Source: Methanobacteriota archaeon
GTDB lineage: Archaea > Thermoplasmatota > Poseidoniia > Poseidoniales > Poseidoniaceae
Assembly (NCBI GenBank): GCA_004195515.1
Contig: PSPR01000009.1
Span: 13,170-77,169, forward strand
Reading direction: 5' to 3'
Length of the DNA: 64,000 bases
Position 1 is the stretch's first letter. Every line of letters begins with the position of its first letter. The notes under the pieces were generated by a model that was not told the DNA's origin, ran no database searches, and saw nothing but the letters and a program-made list of their open reading frames with translations. Below are positions 43,947 to 53,253 of this stretch, one piece after another. The translations under genes and the position numbers were made by a program.

Positions 43947-45706
43947 ATTCCGGATTTCACTTCTCAGCCGACGCCAGAGATGGCAACAGTCGAAGATTAA
44001 AGATCGAGATCAAACTCAAATCTCCATTTATCGGTAATTCTCTCGAATTAAAATTTCCACGTTGGGTTCCAGGGTCATATCTGATTCGTGAACCGATGCA
44101 GCACCTCACAAACCTGAATGGTAGCATCGATGGCAAAGAGGTTAAGGTTGTTAGAATCGGGGTCGATGGAATCAGAATAAGCAATGTTAGCAATGCTAAT
44201 GAGGTTATACTTACTTATGATTTACTCGCTGCAGAAATGACATGTCGAGCCAATCATTTAGATGCTACACACGTCCATATAATGCCACCATATACCTGGA
44301 TGTTACCGACAAAAGGTGTAGATAAATCAAGGATGGATCTCACTCACAATATCGGATTGAAAACCCCAAAAGGTTGGCAGACTGCAACCCAATATCCGGG
44401 GGCTGAGGGTCGATGGAAGGCTGATGGACGAGATGAATTACTAGACGGCATCATGGAATCGAATGCCAATAAAATGATCACTTGGGAAGTGATGGGCCGA
44501 ACCCAACATCTGAAAATGTGGGATTCGGGCGGATTGGAAATCCCAACAAAAGCGATTCAGAGATTCAAAGAAGCGATGACGTTGATCATCGAAGAACATT
44601 ACGGCCTCTTCGGGGTGCCAAAATGGCAAGAATACTGGACCATATTCCATTTTACCGAAAGCGGCCGAGGAGGATTGGAACATATGCGAAGCCAAACATC
44701 GATGATGCCTCGTCGTTGTTTGCAAGAAGGCAATGAGGATGATTGGCGAGATCTGGTTTCTTTGTTTAGTCATGAATTCCTTCACCAATGGAATGTAAAA
44801 CAATTACGACCAAAAAATTTCCTTGATTACGACCTCCAGCAAGAGGTTCACAGCGATCTTTTGTGGTGGTTTGAAGGATTGACCTCATGGCTCGGAGACA
44901 TCATTTGTTTGCGTAGTGGAGTTTGGAGCGAGAAGGATTGGAATAAGGATTGGATGCGCAAAATGAAACGCCATCATGACCGCAATGGCATGTTGAGTGA
45001 GAGTTTGGTTGAAAGTTCCCATGACGCGTGGATTCACCTCTATAGACCTAATTCTTACAGTCGAGAAGTTCAAATCTCATATTATTTGGAGGGCGAGATG
45101 GTTATCTTCTGCCTCGACGCTGAATTACGACGACGATCCAAAGGAGAATTCGGTATGGACGATGTGATGGTCACCCTATTCAATAACCATAATTTGGATT
45201 CAGAGAATCCTGGTATTTCGCATAAAGACATCAAAAAAGCTCTAGTCAACACCCCGGGTGGACGTAGACTCGGGATGATGCTCGATGAATTGGTTACAGC
45301 AAAACAAGCACCTGACATCGATTCTGCGTGTAAAAGTCTTGGTCTAGAAATGGTGGTCGAAAAGGAACAAAAAGGTGCTTGGCTCGGATTAAATATGTCA
45401 AATTCGACCAATCAAACCAAGGTTAGAACTCATTTGACAGGATCTCCTTGCCGTGATTTGATTCATACAGGCGATGAAATTCTTGCTGTCAATGGTTTGA
45501 GAGTAACTTCTTGTAAAACACTATCGGCAGCTGTTTACGATTTTATCGACCAGCCGGTCAAAATAACCCTATCACGCCAAGCTAGGCTACAGACCATCGA
45601 AGTGATACCGATAGCAAATCCGGCTCATCGGGTCAAGATTTCTGGAAAAGGCAATAAAATTTGGAAAGCGATCAAAGCGAGTAAGCGCTCACGAGTCCTG
45701 TTCTAA
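43943..45706 (+). CDS. M61 family glycyl aminopeptidase with PDZ domain
   Basis: PRWVPGSY, GGLEH..S, SHEFLHQWNVK..RP, LWWFEGLTS, SYY, C-terminal PDZ (GDEILAVNG). Confidence 0.95.
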   Translation: MNSGFHFSADARDGNSRRLKIEIKLKSPFIGNSLELKFPRWVPGSYLIREPMQHLTNLNGSIDGKEVKVVRIGVDGIRISNVSNANEVILTYDLLAAEMTCRANHLDATHVHIMPPYTWMLPTKGVDKSRMDLTHNIGLKTPKGWQTATQYPGAEGRWKADGRDELLDGIMESNANKMITWEVMGRTQHLKMWDSGGLEIPTKAIQRFKEAMTLIIEEHYGLFGVPKWQEYWTIFHFTESGRGGLEHMRSQTSMMPRRCLQEGNEDDWRDLVSLFSHEFLHQWNVKQLRPKNFLDYDLQQEVHSDLLWWFEGLTSWLGDIICLRSGVWSEKDWNKDWMRKMKRHHDRNGMLSESLVESSHDAWIHLYRPNSYSREVQISYYLEGEMVIFCLDAELRRRSKGEFGMDDVMVTLFNNHNLDSENPGISHKDIKKALVNTPGGRRLGMMLDELVTAKQAPDIDSACKSLGLEMVVEKEQKGAWLGLNMSNSTNQTKVRTHLTGSPCRDLIHTGDEILAVNGLRVTSCKTLSAAVYDFIDQPVKITLSRQARLQTIEVIPIANPAHRVKISGKGNKIWKAIKASKRSRVLF

Positions 45707-46108
45707 AACATCGAGCAGCACATGGATTGGCGGCAGATCATCAGCGATGGTATGTCTACTGGTTTTAGGTGGAAATAATTCCCCAGATAGGCTCATCGAA
45801 ATCACTTCCTCTTTGGTCAAACCATCCAGACCAGACGCCGGCCAAACATCGACCGATATCGAATCGTCGGTCAAATAATCTATGAGGATAGCCGGTACTC
45901 GCTTTAGTTCTAATTCGATAGCGATAGAGTGACGGTGGTGGCCATCCAAAATGACTCCACTCTTCGAATCGACCAACAATGGTTTTGTGAATCCACCCCA
46001 TCTAATGGTCATATCGAGCAATTTATCACGATTGCGAGTTTTGATTTGCTCGTGTGGCTTCAACCATGCAAGAGATACTAGTTCGACATCATCAGCATCC
46101 CATGACAT
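45689..46108 (-). CDS. ParB/Srx-fold protein of SerK/SbnI-like type
   Basis: LKPHEQ, P.LVD...VILDGHHR, VP...DY, TKEEVI....GELFPPKTSRH. Confidence 0.8.
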   Translation of the reverse strand: MSWDADDVELVSLAWLKPHEQIKTRNRDKLLDMTIRWGGFTKPLLVDSKSGVILDGHHRHSIAIELELKRVPAILIDYLTDDSISVDVWPASGLDGLTKEEVISMSLSGELFPPKTSRHTIADDLPPIHVLLDVLEQDS

Positions 46109-46239
46109 AGCACCAATGCGGGCGTGGGTTTGGGATAATGCTTTGGAAAGGTTGAGCCCGAGCCTGTTAGGAGGGGAGGACCATGAACCAAGGTAAACTC
46201 GGCGATACCCCTCATGCTGAACGGCCAAATTTATTGCCT

Positions 46240-47439
46240 GTGAACACCGATTTACAAAACGTGGTCAAGACAATAGCCAGCAATGGCTGTGGAGTTTGGA
46301 TAGTCGGCGGAGCAGTGCGGGATGCACTTCTCGGAATGAACCCACACGAATACGACATAGCAAGCGATGCTACGCCAGACCAAATCGAATCATTCTTTCC
46401 GGGCCAAACCATACCGACCGGGAAACAATTCGGCACCATAACCGTCCGCAGTGGTGATTCTATGTTTGAGGTGACCACTTTGAGAACCGAGAGTGGTTAT
46501 GGCGACGGTCGACGACCTGATGAGGTCGAATGGGGCCGTAGCCTTGCCATTGACCTCTCACGTCGAGATTTCACCATCAATGCGATGGCTTACGACCTGA
46601 CAAGAGGTTTACTTCACGACCCGTATAATGGCGAAGACGATCTGAAAAACTCGCAATTGCGAGCGGTTGGAAATGCAAATCAACGATTATCGGAAGACGG
46701 ATTGCGGATAATGAGAGCATATCGGTTCATGGATCGCGCTGCTGCCGGTGTTTGGATTCCAAATAGCGAACTAAACAATGCTTTGATCGATTGCCGAGCA
46801 ATGCTTTACAAGGTTTCAGTAGAGCGAATTTGGTCAGAGTTAAAACGAATTATTACAGGGCAAAATGCCGATATTGTTTTAGCGAAAATGGCAAATGACG
46901 GTGTGCTGAATTCGATTTTTCAGACCACTATTCCACTCGAATCCATAGAGATAATCGCATCGAATTCTCTTGATCTTGAACCGAGATTAGCGATTTTACT
47001 CAAAGATGAAACCACGATGAGCGTAAAGGCAATTCTCACCAGGTTGCGAGCATCGAGCGCTCAAATCAAACGCACAAGGCACTTGCATTTCCTACTGGAT
47101 AAAGCCCCCACAAAACTCGACTCTCGCCTCTATAGAGCAGTTATATCAAGCGAAGTACCAACTCATATTGAACTGGCCAAATTATTGAATTTAGATTACG
47201 AAAATCATTCTAATTCCTTGCAATACCCGACCGATGTGAAATGTATCATCGATGGCCGATGGCTGATGGAGCGAACAAATCTCGGCCCCGGAAAGAAACT
47301 AGGTCGACTCAAAGAATGGATTCACCGAATCCAAATCGAACGAAATCTTTCGACTGTAGAGCAATTAGAAACCATATTGTGTTCATTACCTTGGCAAAGT
47401 GGTGACCCGAATGATTGGCCTAAGGTCGAATGGCCCTGA
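46240..47439 (+). CDS. cca: Class II (bacterial/eukaryotic-type) tRNA nucleotidyltransferase
   Basis: VGGAVRD, EYDIA, EVTTLR.E..Y.DGRRP, DLSRRDFTINAMA, EDGLRIMRAYRF, VSVERI..E. Confidence 0.88.
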   Translation: MNTDLQNVVKTIASNGCGVWIVGGAVRDALLGMNPHEYDIASDATPDQIESFFPGQTIPTGKQFGTITVRSGDSMFEVTTLRTESGYGDGRRPDEVEWGRSLAIDLSRRDFTINAMAYDLTRGLLHDPYNGEDDLKNSQLRAVGNANQRLSEDGLRIMRAYRFMDRAAAGVWIPNSELNNALIDCRAMLYKVSVERIWSELKRIITGQNADIVLAKMANDGVLNSIFQTTIPLESIEIIASNSLDLEPRLAILLKDETTMSVKAILTRLRASSAQIKRTRHLHFLLDKAPTKLDSRLYRAVISSEVPTHIELAKLLNLDYENHSNSLQYPTDVKCIIDGRWLMERTNLGPGKKLGRLKEWIHRIQIERNLSTVEQLETILCSLPWQSGDPNDWPKVEWP

Positions 47440-47466
47440 CCGGACTATTCATTGAGGTGAGCCGGG

Positions 47467-48600
47467 GTGGCTCAAATGATGGAAGACAAAAAGAAACAGG
47501 CCGAAGGTTTGCTGAAAACCGGTGGATATGCGGCACTTTTCTCTTTTTTCATGTTCTTTATCGGCTCCGAAGGTGCTGGATTCATTGGCTGTTTTTTTGC
47601 AGTAATTATGCTATTTGCCGGCGCTATTGCCCACTCTAGTGCAGCGGTTTCTGCAGCAGCAGGTGATGGTAAAATGGTGCTCCAACAAGCCCAAGATGGC
47701 CAGTGGACTTGGGTTCAGCAAGGTGGAGAGGAAAATCCGGTCGCTTCTATGGCATTTAACGATCCAAATAATCAAATTCTTTCAAGGGTTATATCCGAAG
47801 TTAGAAATGGCTCCGATCTTGAATCATTGGAATCGAATGAATTGAACATATTAGCCCAAGCATATGGTGTCAATGCTGGTTCCCAGAAGCAAAAAATCCT
47901 TTCACTCAAGACCTCACCATTGGCGGCAAAGGCGATGAAACTTGGCGCTGGTGCTGCGGTTGGAGCCGCTGCAATCGGTGCGACATCGATGATAGCAAAG
48001 GCGACTAGAGCTGCAAAAGTAAAGAAAGAAGCAATCAATGTAACTGTCGATGAATACGTCGAGGAGATCGAACAATTGGTCCCAGAACCTATCATCGAAG
48101 AAGCGGTCATTGAAGAGATTGCAGAAGAGGTCGTTGAGGAAGAAGTCCTCGAAGAGGAGATCGAAGAAGAAATCTTAGAAGAGGTCGTTGAGGAAGAAGT
48201 TCTCGAAGAGGAAATCATTGAAGAATCGGTCATTGATGAAGAAGTTGAATTGACCGAAGGCATCGATACCCCACTCGAGCACGCAATCCAATCACTCGGG
48301 CAAGCAAGGCTTTCAAGTGAGAGAAAGGCGATATTAGACCAATTGGATAGCAAATTCAGATTGACTTTAAAAATTTCAAAGATCGAAAGAACCCTTCTAG
48401 GTGACCCCGGTTACCGCGGTGGCACATCATTGCACGGATTAATAGATGGAGGGCCATTCTCGGGATTGATTCAACTTCACACCGATATTGAAGACCATGG
48501 CTTAAAAGTCGGTGAAACCGTAGTGTTGGATGCGAACCTTGAGGATTATCGCTCCAGTTTGAAGCGAGCGGTTCTCAAATCAGAACGCATTCAAGGTTGA
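47467..48600 (+). CDS. Membrane protein with SAP/LEM-like motif, Glu-rich linker and C-terminal beta domain
   Basis: Two N-terminal TMs; LESLESNELNILAQAYGV..SQKQKI..L; E/V/I-rich repeat; beta-rich C-terminus. Confidence 0.7.
   Translation: MAQMMEDKKKQAEGLLKTGGYAALFSFFMFFIGSEGAGFIGCFFAVIMLFAGAIAHSSAAVSAAAGDGKMVLQQAQDGQWTWVQQGGEENPVASMAFNDPNNQILSRVISEVRNGSDLESLESNELNILAQAYGVNAGSQKQKILSLKTSPLAAKAMKLGAGAAVGAAAIGATSMIAKATRAAKVKKEAINVTVDEYVEEIEQLVPEPIIEEAVIEEIAEEVVEEEVLEEEIEEEILEEVVEEEVLEEEIIEESVIDEEVELTEGIDTPLEHAIQSLGQARLSSERKAILDQLDSKFRLTLKISKIERTLLGDPGYRGGTSLHGLIDGGPFSGLIQLHTDIEDHGLKVGETVVLDANLEDYRSSLKRAVLKSERIQG
48123..48216 (+). repeat. Intragenic imperfect direct repeat, 54-bp period
   Basis: AGAAGAGGTCGTTGAGGAAGAAGT(C/T)CTCGAAGAGGA at 48123 and 48177, encoding EEVVEEEVLEEEI twice. 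Confidence 0.9.
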
Positions 48601-49763
48601 ATCGCTCTTGCGATAACGATTTTCTGGACCTCTTGAGTGCCTTCGTAAATCTGAGTTATCTTTGCGTCTCGGAAGAATCTCTCTACTGGGAATTCTTTGG
48701 TATAACCATAGCCTCCAAGGACTTGGATGGCTCTTTCAGAAACCCACATCGCGGTATCACCTGCGAATAATTTTGCCATACTCGCCTCTTTAGAGTGTCT
48801 TGGTCCACCGTTCTCATAATGGTTTTGTTTTGCCCAAGATGCCCTATAGACCAATAGACGAGCAGCATCTATCTTGGTTGCCATTTCAGCTAAATAAGCG
48901 GTAATCATTTGGTGTTGAGCAATTGGTTTGCCAAATGCTTCACGTTCGTGAGCATATTGTAATGCGGCCTCGAACGCCCCCTGAGCGATGCCTAGGGCTT
49001 GGGCTGCAATTCCGATTCTTGAATTATCGAGAGCATTCATTCCTATCGAAAATCCTTTGCCCGGTCCTTTGAGGACATTTCCCACCGGTACTTTACAATC
49101 ATCGAGAATCAAAGTGCAGGTATCGGATGATCTAATCCCCAATTTATCCTCTTTTTTGCCGACGGTGAAGCCTTCGTAAGATTGCTCGACAATGAATGCA
49201 GTGGTACCACCATGGCGTTTTATGCCATAGTCTGGATGGTCGACATCCTTGGCAAAAAGGACAAATATTTTGGCTTGGGTACCATTGGTAACCCACATTT
49301 TTTCTCCGTTTAGGAGCCAATGGCTACCGTCTTCTGATAACTTGGCTTTACAGGACATTGCGGCCGCATCGGTACCTGCACCCGCTTCTGAGAGTGAATA
49401 AGCGCCGACTTCGCCCGCTGCAAGTCTAGGCAGATAAGCCGCTTTTTGTTCATCGGTTCCGTGGAGTGCAATGGTTTTTGAGCATAATCCAACATGAACA
49501 CAATACATTACTGCAAAGGAAGGATCTACCCTTGCCAATTCTTCGATAATAATCGACTCACATATATCATCGACTGGAGTTCCACCGTATTTCTCAGGAA
49601 TAGTTATTCCCTGAAGACCGTATTCGAGGAATTGCTCCCATTCTTTCGAAGGAGCGATTTGGTCTGCATCTCTAATTGAAACCGTTGGGTTGAGTATCGA
49701 TTCGGCAAAGTCGCGAACAAGTTCTCTAATCATCTCTTGCTCCTCGGTTTGGGCAAACTGCAT
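48591..49763 (-). CDS. Acyl-CoA dehydrogenase
   Basis: YSLSEAGAGTD, LNGEKMWVTNG, EDKLGIR, R.AFGKPI, IQVLGGYGY, IYEGT. Confidence 0.97.
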   Translation of the reverse strand: MQFAQTEEQEMIRELVRDFAESILNPTVSIRDADQIAPSKEWEQFLEYGLQGITIPEKYGGTPVDDICESIIIEELARVDPSFAVMYCVHVGLCSKTIALHGTDEQKAAYLPRLAAGEVGAYSLSEAGAGTDAAAMSCKAKLSEDGSHWLLNGEKMWVTNGTQAKIFVLFAKDVDHPDYGIKRHGGTTAFIVEQSYEGFTVGKKEDKLGIRSSDTCTLILDDCKVPVGNVLKGPGKGFSIGMNALDNSRIGIAAQALGIAQGAFEAALQYAHEREAFGKPIAQHQMITAYLAEMATKIDAARLLVYRASWAKQNHYENGGPRHSKEASMAKLFAGDTAMWVSERAIQVLGGYGYTKEFPVERFFRDAKITQIYEGTQEVQKIVIARAIQP

Positions 49764-49869
49764 AATGTGTGGGAGGTAGGTCTTCCATATGAGCCATACT
49801 ACTAACATGGTGGTCTAATATCCAACGCGTTCATATAGAATGTGCCAAACGGCGCGTCGGGGACAGACC

Positions 49870-50271
49870 ATGGACGATGAAATCATGGAATTCGGCATCG
49901 CACACGACCGCAAATATTCGAGGGACCACCTTTGGTTTCAAGAAAAAGATGACCGACTTGTAGTTGGCATTTCGGACTACCTAGCCTCTGAAATAGGCGA
50001 TATACTACGAGTCATTCTACCTCACGCTGATACCGAAGTCGATGAAGAACAATCTCTTTTCTCCCTTTGGACCGCTGATGAAAAACTCACCTTCCCGAGC
50101 CCGTTCGCTGGAACCTTGGCCGAAGTTAATGGTGAGGTCGAGATCAATCCGGAATTGGTCAATGACTCACCTTACGATATTGGTTGGATCATCATTCTCG
50201 ACCCACACGATTACGATATGGAAAATCTACTCGACGGTGATGAGTACGTAGATTTCCTTGCTGAGGATTGA
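49870..50271 (+). CDS. Glycine cleavage H-like protein lacking the lipoyl lysine
   Basis: YSRDHLW, VGISDY, SPFAG...EVN, PELVNDSPY..GWI; ESVK motif replaced by WTAD. Confidence 0.85.
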   Translation: MDDEIMEFGIAHDRKYSRDHLWFQEKDDRLVVGISDYLASEIGDILRVILPHADTEVDEEQSLFSLWTADEKLTFPSPFAGTLAEVNGEVEINPELVNDSPYDIGWIIILDPHDYDMENLLDGDEYVDFLAED

Positions 50272-50274
50272 TTC

Positions 50275-50850
50275 TTGATGTCCGATGCATTGGCTCTGTT
50301 GAAGCAAAGCCTTGCAAATGCGCCAATAATTTGGAAAGGAGATTATCCGTATTTCATCCATCCGCTCACCGATGGAGTGCCACGACTTGATCCTGAAGTT
50401 CTATCAGCTGTAGTCAAATTATCACTCGAAGCCATCGATTGGGAAAATACCGATTTAATTCTTGGAATCGAAGCGATGGGTTTGCCACTATGCGCACCGC
50501 TTTCGATAGAGAGTGGCAAGCCGTTAGTCATTGCTCGCAAACGAAGTTATGGCCTTGAAGGCGAAGTGATAATCGACCAATCGACGGGATATTCCAAAGG
50601 AGCGATGTGGTTGAATGACATCAAGGATGGAGAGCGAGTTGTTATCCTGGATGATGTCCTCTCTACTGGGGGCACCCTTCGATCTGTTATCGAAGGGGTA
50701 AACCGAGCAGGTGGAATCGTCTCGCACGTTATGACGGTGGTCGAAAAGGGGCCTGGTTTGGCTATTTTGGCCCAAGAATTCCCTGGAATCCCATTCAATT
50801 CATTGGTTCGTCTTGAGATGGAACACGATAAAATCATCATCTTGGAGTGA
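50275..50850 (+). CDS. hpt: Archaeal purine phosphoribosyltransferase (Hpt/Apt type)
   Basis: YPYFIHPLTDGVP, EAMGLP, RKRSYGL, TGYSK, VILDDVLSTGGT. Confidence 0.9.
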   Translation: MMSDALALLKQSLANAPIIWKGDYPYFIHPLTDGVPRLDPEVLSAVVKLSLEAIDWENTDLILGIEAMGLPLCAPLSIESGKPLVIARKRSYGLEGEVIIDQSTGYSKGAMWLNDIKDGERVVILDDVLSTGGTLRSVIEGVNRAGGIVSHVMTVVEKGPGLAILAQEFPGIPFNSLVRLEMEHDKIIILE

Positions 50851-51959
50851 TAGTTATGGATTTAAATCGACACGATTTTCAATTAAAGGAGCTCATCGAT
50901 AGAATTCAAACAAACGATAACCGTTTGATCGCACTTCAAGTGCCGGAAGGTCTCAAAATGCAAGCGCTTGAGATGATGGATGAAATCGAAGAGGAAACCG
51001 CTGCAAAAGTCATTCTCGCGGCGGATCCTTGCTACGGTGCATGCGATTTGGTCCACGACAAAATGAAAATGATGGGAGTTGAATTAGTCGCTCACATGGG
51101 TCATTCACAAATGAATATAGAATCGGGTATGCCAACTCAGTTTATCGATGTAACCTACGATGGAGACCCCGAGATTGACGCAGTTCTTCCACTATTGGCT
51201 CAGCATCGTGCAATCGCTGAATCTAGATTGGGACAACTGGAAGAAGACTTGAGTGAAGAGGAAGCGAAAGAGAGATTTCTCGATGCTGTCGGTAGGGTTG
51301 CACCACTCAAAGGCACCAAATTAGGCCTGGTTGGTTCGATTCAACATTTGCACCTAATTTTTGATTTCAAAAAGCGTTTCGAAGCCGCTGGTTATGAGGT
51401 TGAAGTCCCGGTTGGTGGCGCTCGACTCACCTTCCCTGGCCAAGTACTCGGTTGCAATTATTCAGGCGATGACGATGAGATTGGCCACTATTTATTTCTC
51501 GGTAGCGGTGATTTTCATCCAATTGGTTTGGCCCTTCATACCGGAAAGCCCCTAGCCATGCTCGACCCTTATACCGGCGATGCCGATGAAATGGGAGCGG
51601 AGCGAATCGAGAGAATTCTTCGTCAAAGGTTTGGCATGATAATGTCGATTCAGGACTCGCAAACCTTTGCTATATTGATCGGTGAAAAACCAGGGCAAAT
51701 GCGCCGCACTCTCGCCCTTAGGCTCAAGAGATTATTGACAAAACATGGTAAAAAAGGCTACTTGCTCGCACTGGAGCATATCGGACCTGAATTGATTAAT
51801 TTCTATCCGGTCGATGCTTTCGTCAATACCGCTTGCCCAAGAATTGCAATCGACGATGCGGTCAGATATTCCAAGCCATTGGTAACGCCTTTCGAATTAG
51901 AGGTTGCTCTAGGTGAAAAAAAGTGGGAAACCGGATACCAATTCGATGAAATCCCTTAA
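50847..51959 (+). CDS. dph2: Diphthamide biosynthesis enzyme Dph2
   Basis: LQVPEGLK, CYGACD, GQVLGC, KPGQ, TACPRI (three cluster Cys present). Confidence 0.95.
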   Translation: MIVMDLNRHDFQLKELIDRIQTNDNRLIALQVPEGLKMQALEMMDEIEEETAAKVILAADPCYGACDLVHDKMKMMGVELVAHMGHSQMNIESGMPTQFIDVTYDGDPEIDAVLPLLAQHRAIAESRLGQLEEDLSEEEAKERFLDAVGRVAPLKGTKLGLVGSIQHLHLIFDFKKRFEAAGYEVEVPVGGARLTFPGQVLGCNYSGDDDEIGHYLFLGSGDFHPIGLALHTGKPLAMLDPYTGDADEMGAERIERILRQRFGMIMSIQDSQTFAILIGEKPGQMRRTLALRLKRLLTKHGKKGYLLALEHIGPELINFYPVDAFVNTACPRIAIDDAVRYSKPLVTPFELEVALGEKKWETGYQFDEIP

Positions 51960-52011
51960 CCATTATTAGAGGGGATTCTTCAATAACCGTAGACGGTGAC
52001 CCCTCAAGGTC

Positions 52012-53172
52012 ATGGGCACTTATCTTGACCGAATCGGAGCGGGGTTGGTTCTCGCTCATCCAGAGGTATTTGGATTCGACTACGTACCGCAAGAATTGGT
52101 TGGTCGTGAGCATGCTCAAAAGGAATTGGCCAGCATGTTCGTTGGTCTCGCTCATCCAGAGGGAACAGGGCGTGCTGTCGTAACCGGCCCCGTGGGTTCT
52201 GGTAAAACCGCCTTGGTCAAACGGTTCTGTGTCGATATGATCCGTCATCTTTCCAATGCTCGCTCAATAAAAAACGTGCATGTGAATTGCCGCAATGCAA
52301 CGACCGCTTCTCGGGTTATTCAAAAGGTCATCAAAGATCTCGACCCCGGTTACCCCGACCGGGGCTTGGGGGTTGGAGAATTACTAACTTCGTTACGGCG
52401 AATGATAATTGCCGAATCTGTCCATCTCATCATCGTTTTGGATGAGGTCGATCATTTGTTGCGCCATGGCGGTGATGATGTATTGTATAAATTATTAAGA
52501 ATTGATGAAGATATGGATTCTACTGGTACCTTATCGTTGATCTTAATTTCACAAGAACAAATTCTGGATATTCTCGAAGGTGCGGTCATCTCCCGCATGG
52601 GTCGCTCCAACCACCTCCGTTTACCTCCCTATAACGAGAATGGTTTGCTAGCGATAGCTCGACAAAGGGCCAAAGCTGGTTTGACCAATGGGAGTTACTC
52701 AGATGAAACCTTGGTTTTGATCGCCCAAGCCGCTGCTCCTACCGGTGATGCCCGAAGGGTGATCGAATTATTGGAAGGTTCGGCGAGACGGGCTGAAATA
52801 CAAGGTCGAAATTCTATCGACTCAAAAGATGTCCAGCGGACGGTCATCACCCATTCGATAAATGTTGATTTACTAGATATCGATAGACTTCCGGTTCATT
52901 CGATGATATTGCTTTTGGGTTTGTGCAGGAAAATACGCCGAACCGGGACGATTACCAGCGGCGAAACCGAGCAAAATTACAAAGTAGTTTGCGAAGAATT
53001 TGATGAAAAACCAAAGGGTCATACCACGGTTTGGAAGTATATTAAACAACTCGCACAAGATGAAAAAGTGGAGGGCGGGAAAGGCCGAACTCAACATATT
53101 ACAATGCCTCATATGTTGCCCAGTGATGTGGCTAGACGACTCGAATTATTGATTCCTGCACGTCTTAAATGA
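52012..53172 (+). CDS. cdc6: Orc1/Cdc6 replication initiator
   Basis: DYVP.EL.GRE, GPVGSGKT, HVNC, VLDEVD, PPYN, GDARR, C-terminal wH with GRT. Confidence 0.93.
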   Translation: MGTYLDRIGAGLVLAHPEVFGFDYVPQELVGREHAQKELASMFVGLAHPEGTGRAVVTGPVGSGKTALVKRFCVDMIRHLSNARSIKNVHVNCRNATTASRVIQKVIKDLDPGYPDRGLGVGELLTSLRRMIIAESVHLIIVLDEVDHLLRHGGDDVLYKLLRIDEDMDSTGTLSLILISQEQILDILEGAVISRMGRSNHLRLPPYNENGLLAIARQRAKAGLTNGSYSDETLVLIAQAAAPTGDARRVIELLEGSARRAEIQGRNSIDSKDVQRTVITHSINVDLLDIDRLPVHSMILLLGLCRKIRRTGTITSGETEQNYKVVCEEFDEKPKGHTTVWKYIKQLAQDEKVEGGKGRTQHITMPHMLPSDVARRLELLIPARLK

Positions 53173-53253
53173 AGCTTCGGTTTCCAAAGTGACCACAGAT
53201 GGGGCTAAATACCCGTCCCATGTCGCCCGGTTTGCTCAAAGGAGTCGTCTTTC

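Noticed and set aside
43361-43960. Long antisense ORFs (also 47772-48353, 18848-19315, 5630-6034)
   Set aside because: Ser/Ile-rich mirror frames expected opposite acidic genes
45689-46108. ParABS partition system
   Set aside because: ParB-fold protein lacks the HTH and dimerisation domains, and no ParA is adjacent
48123-48216. Direct repeat as CRISPR or mobile-element end
   Set aside because: Two in-frame copies inside a Glu-rich coding linker; no spacers, cas genes or transposase
51960-52011. oriC/ORB next to cdc6
   Set aside because: Flanking gaps are only ~50-80 bp with no clear TTCCAxxGAAA plus G-string box or AT-rich unwinding element; only a short ACCGT-AG-ACGGT repeat is present
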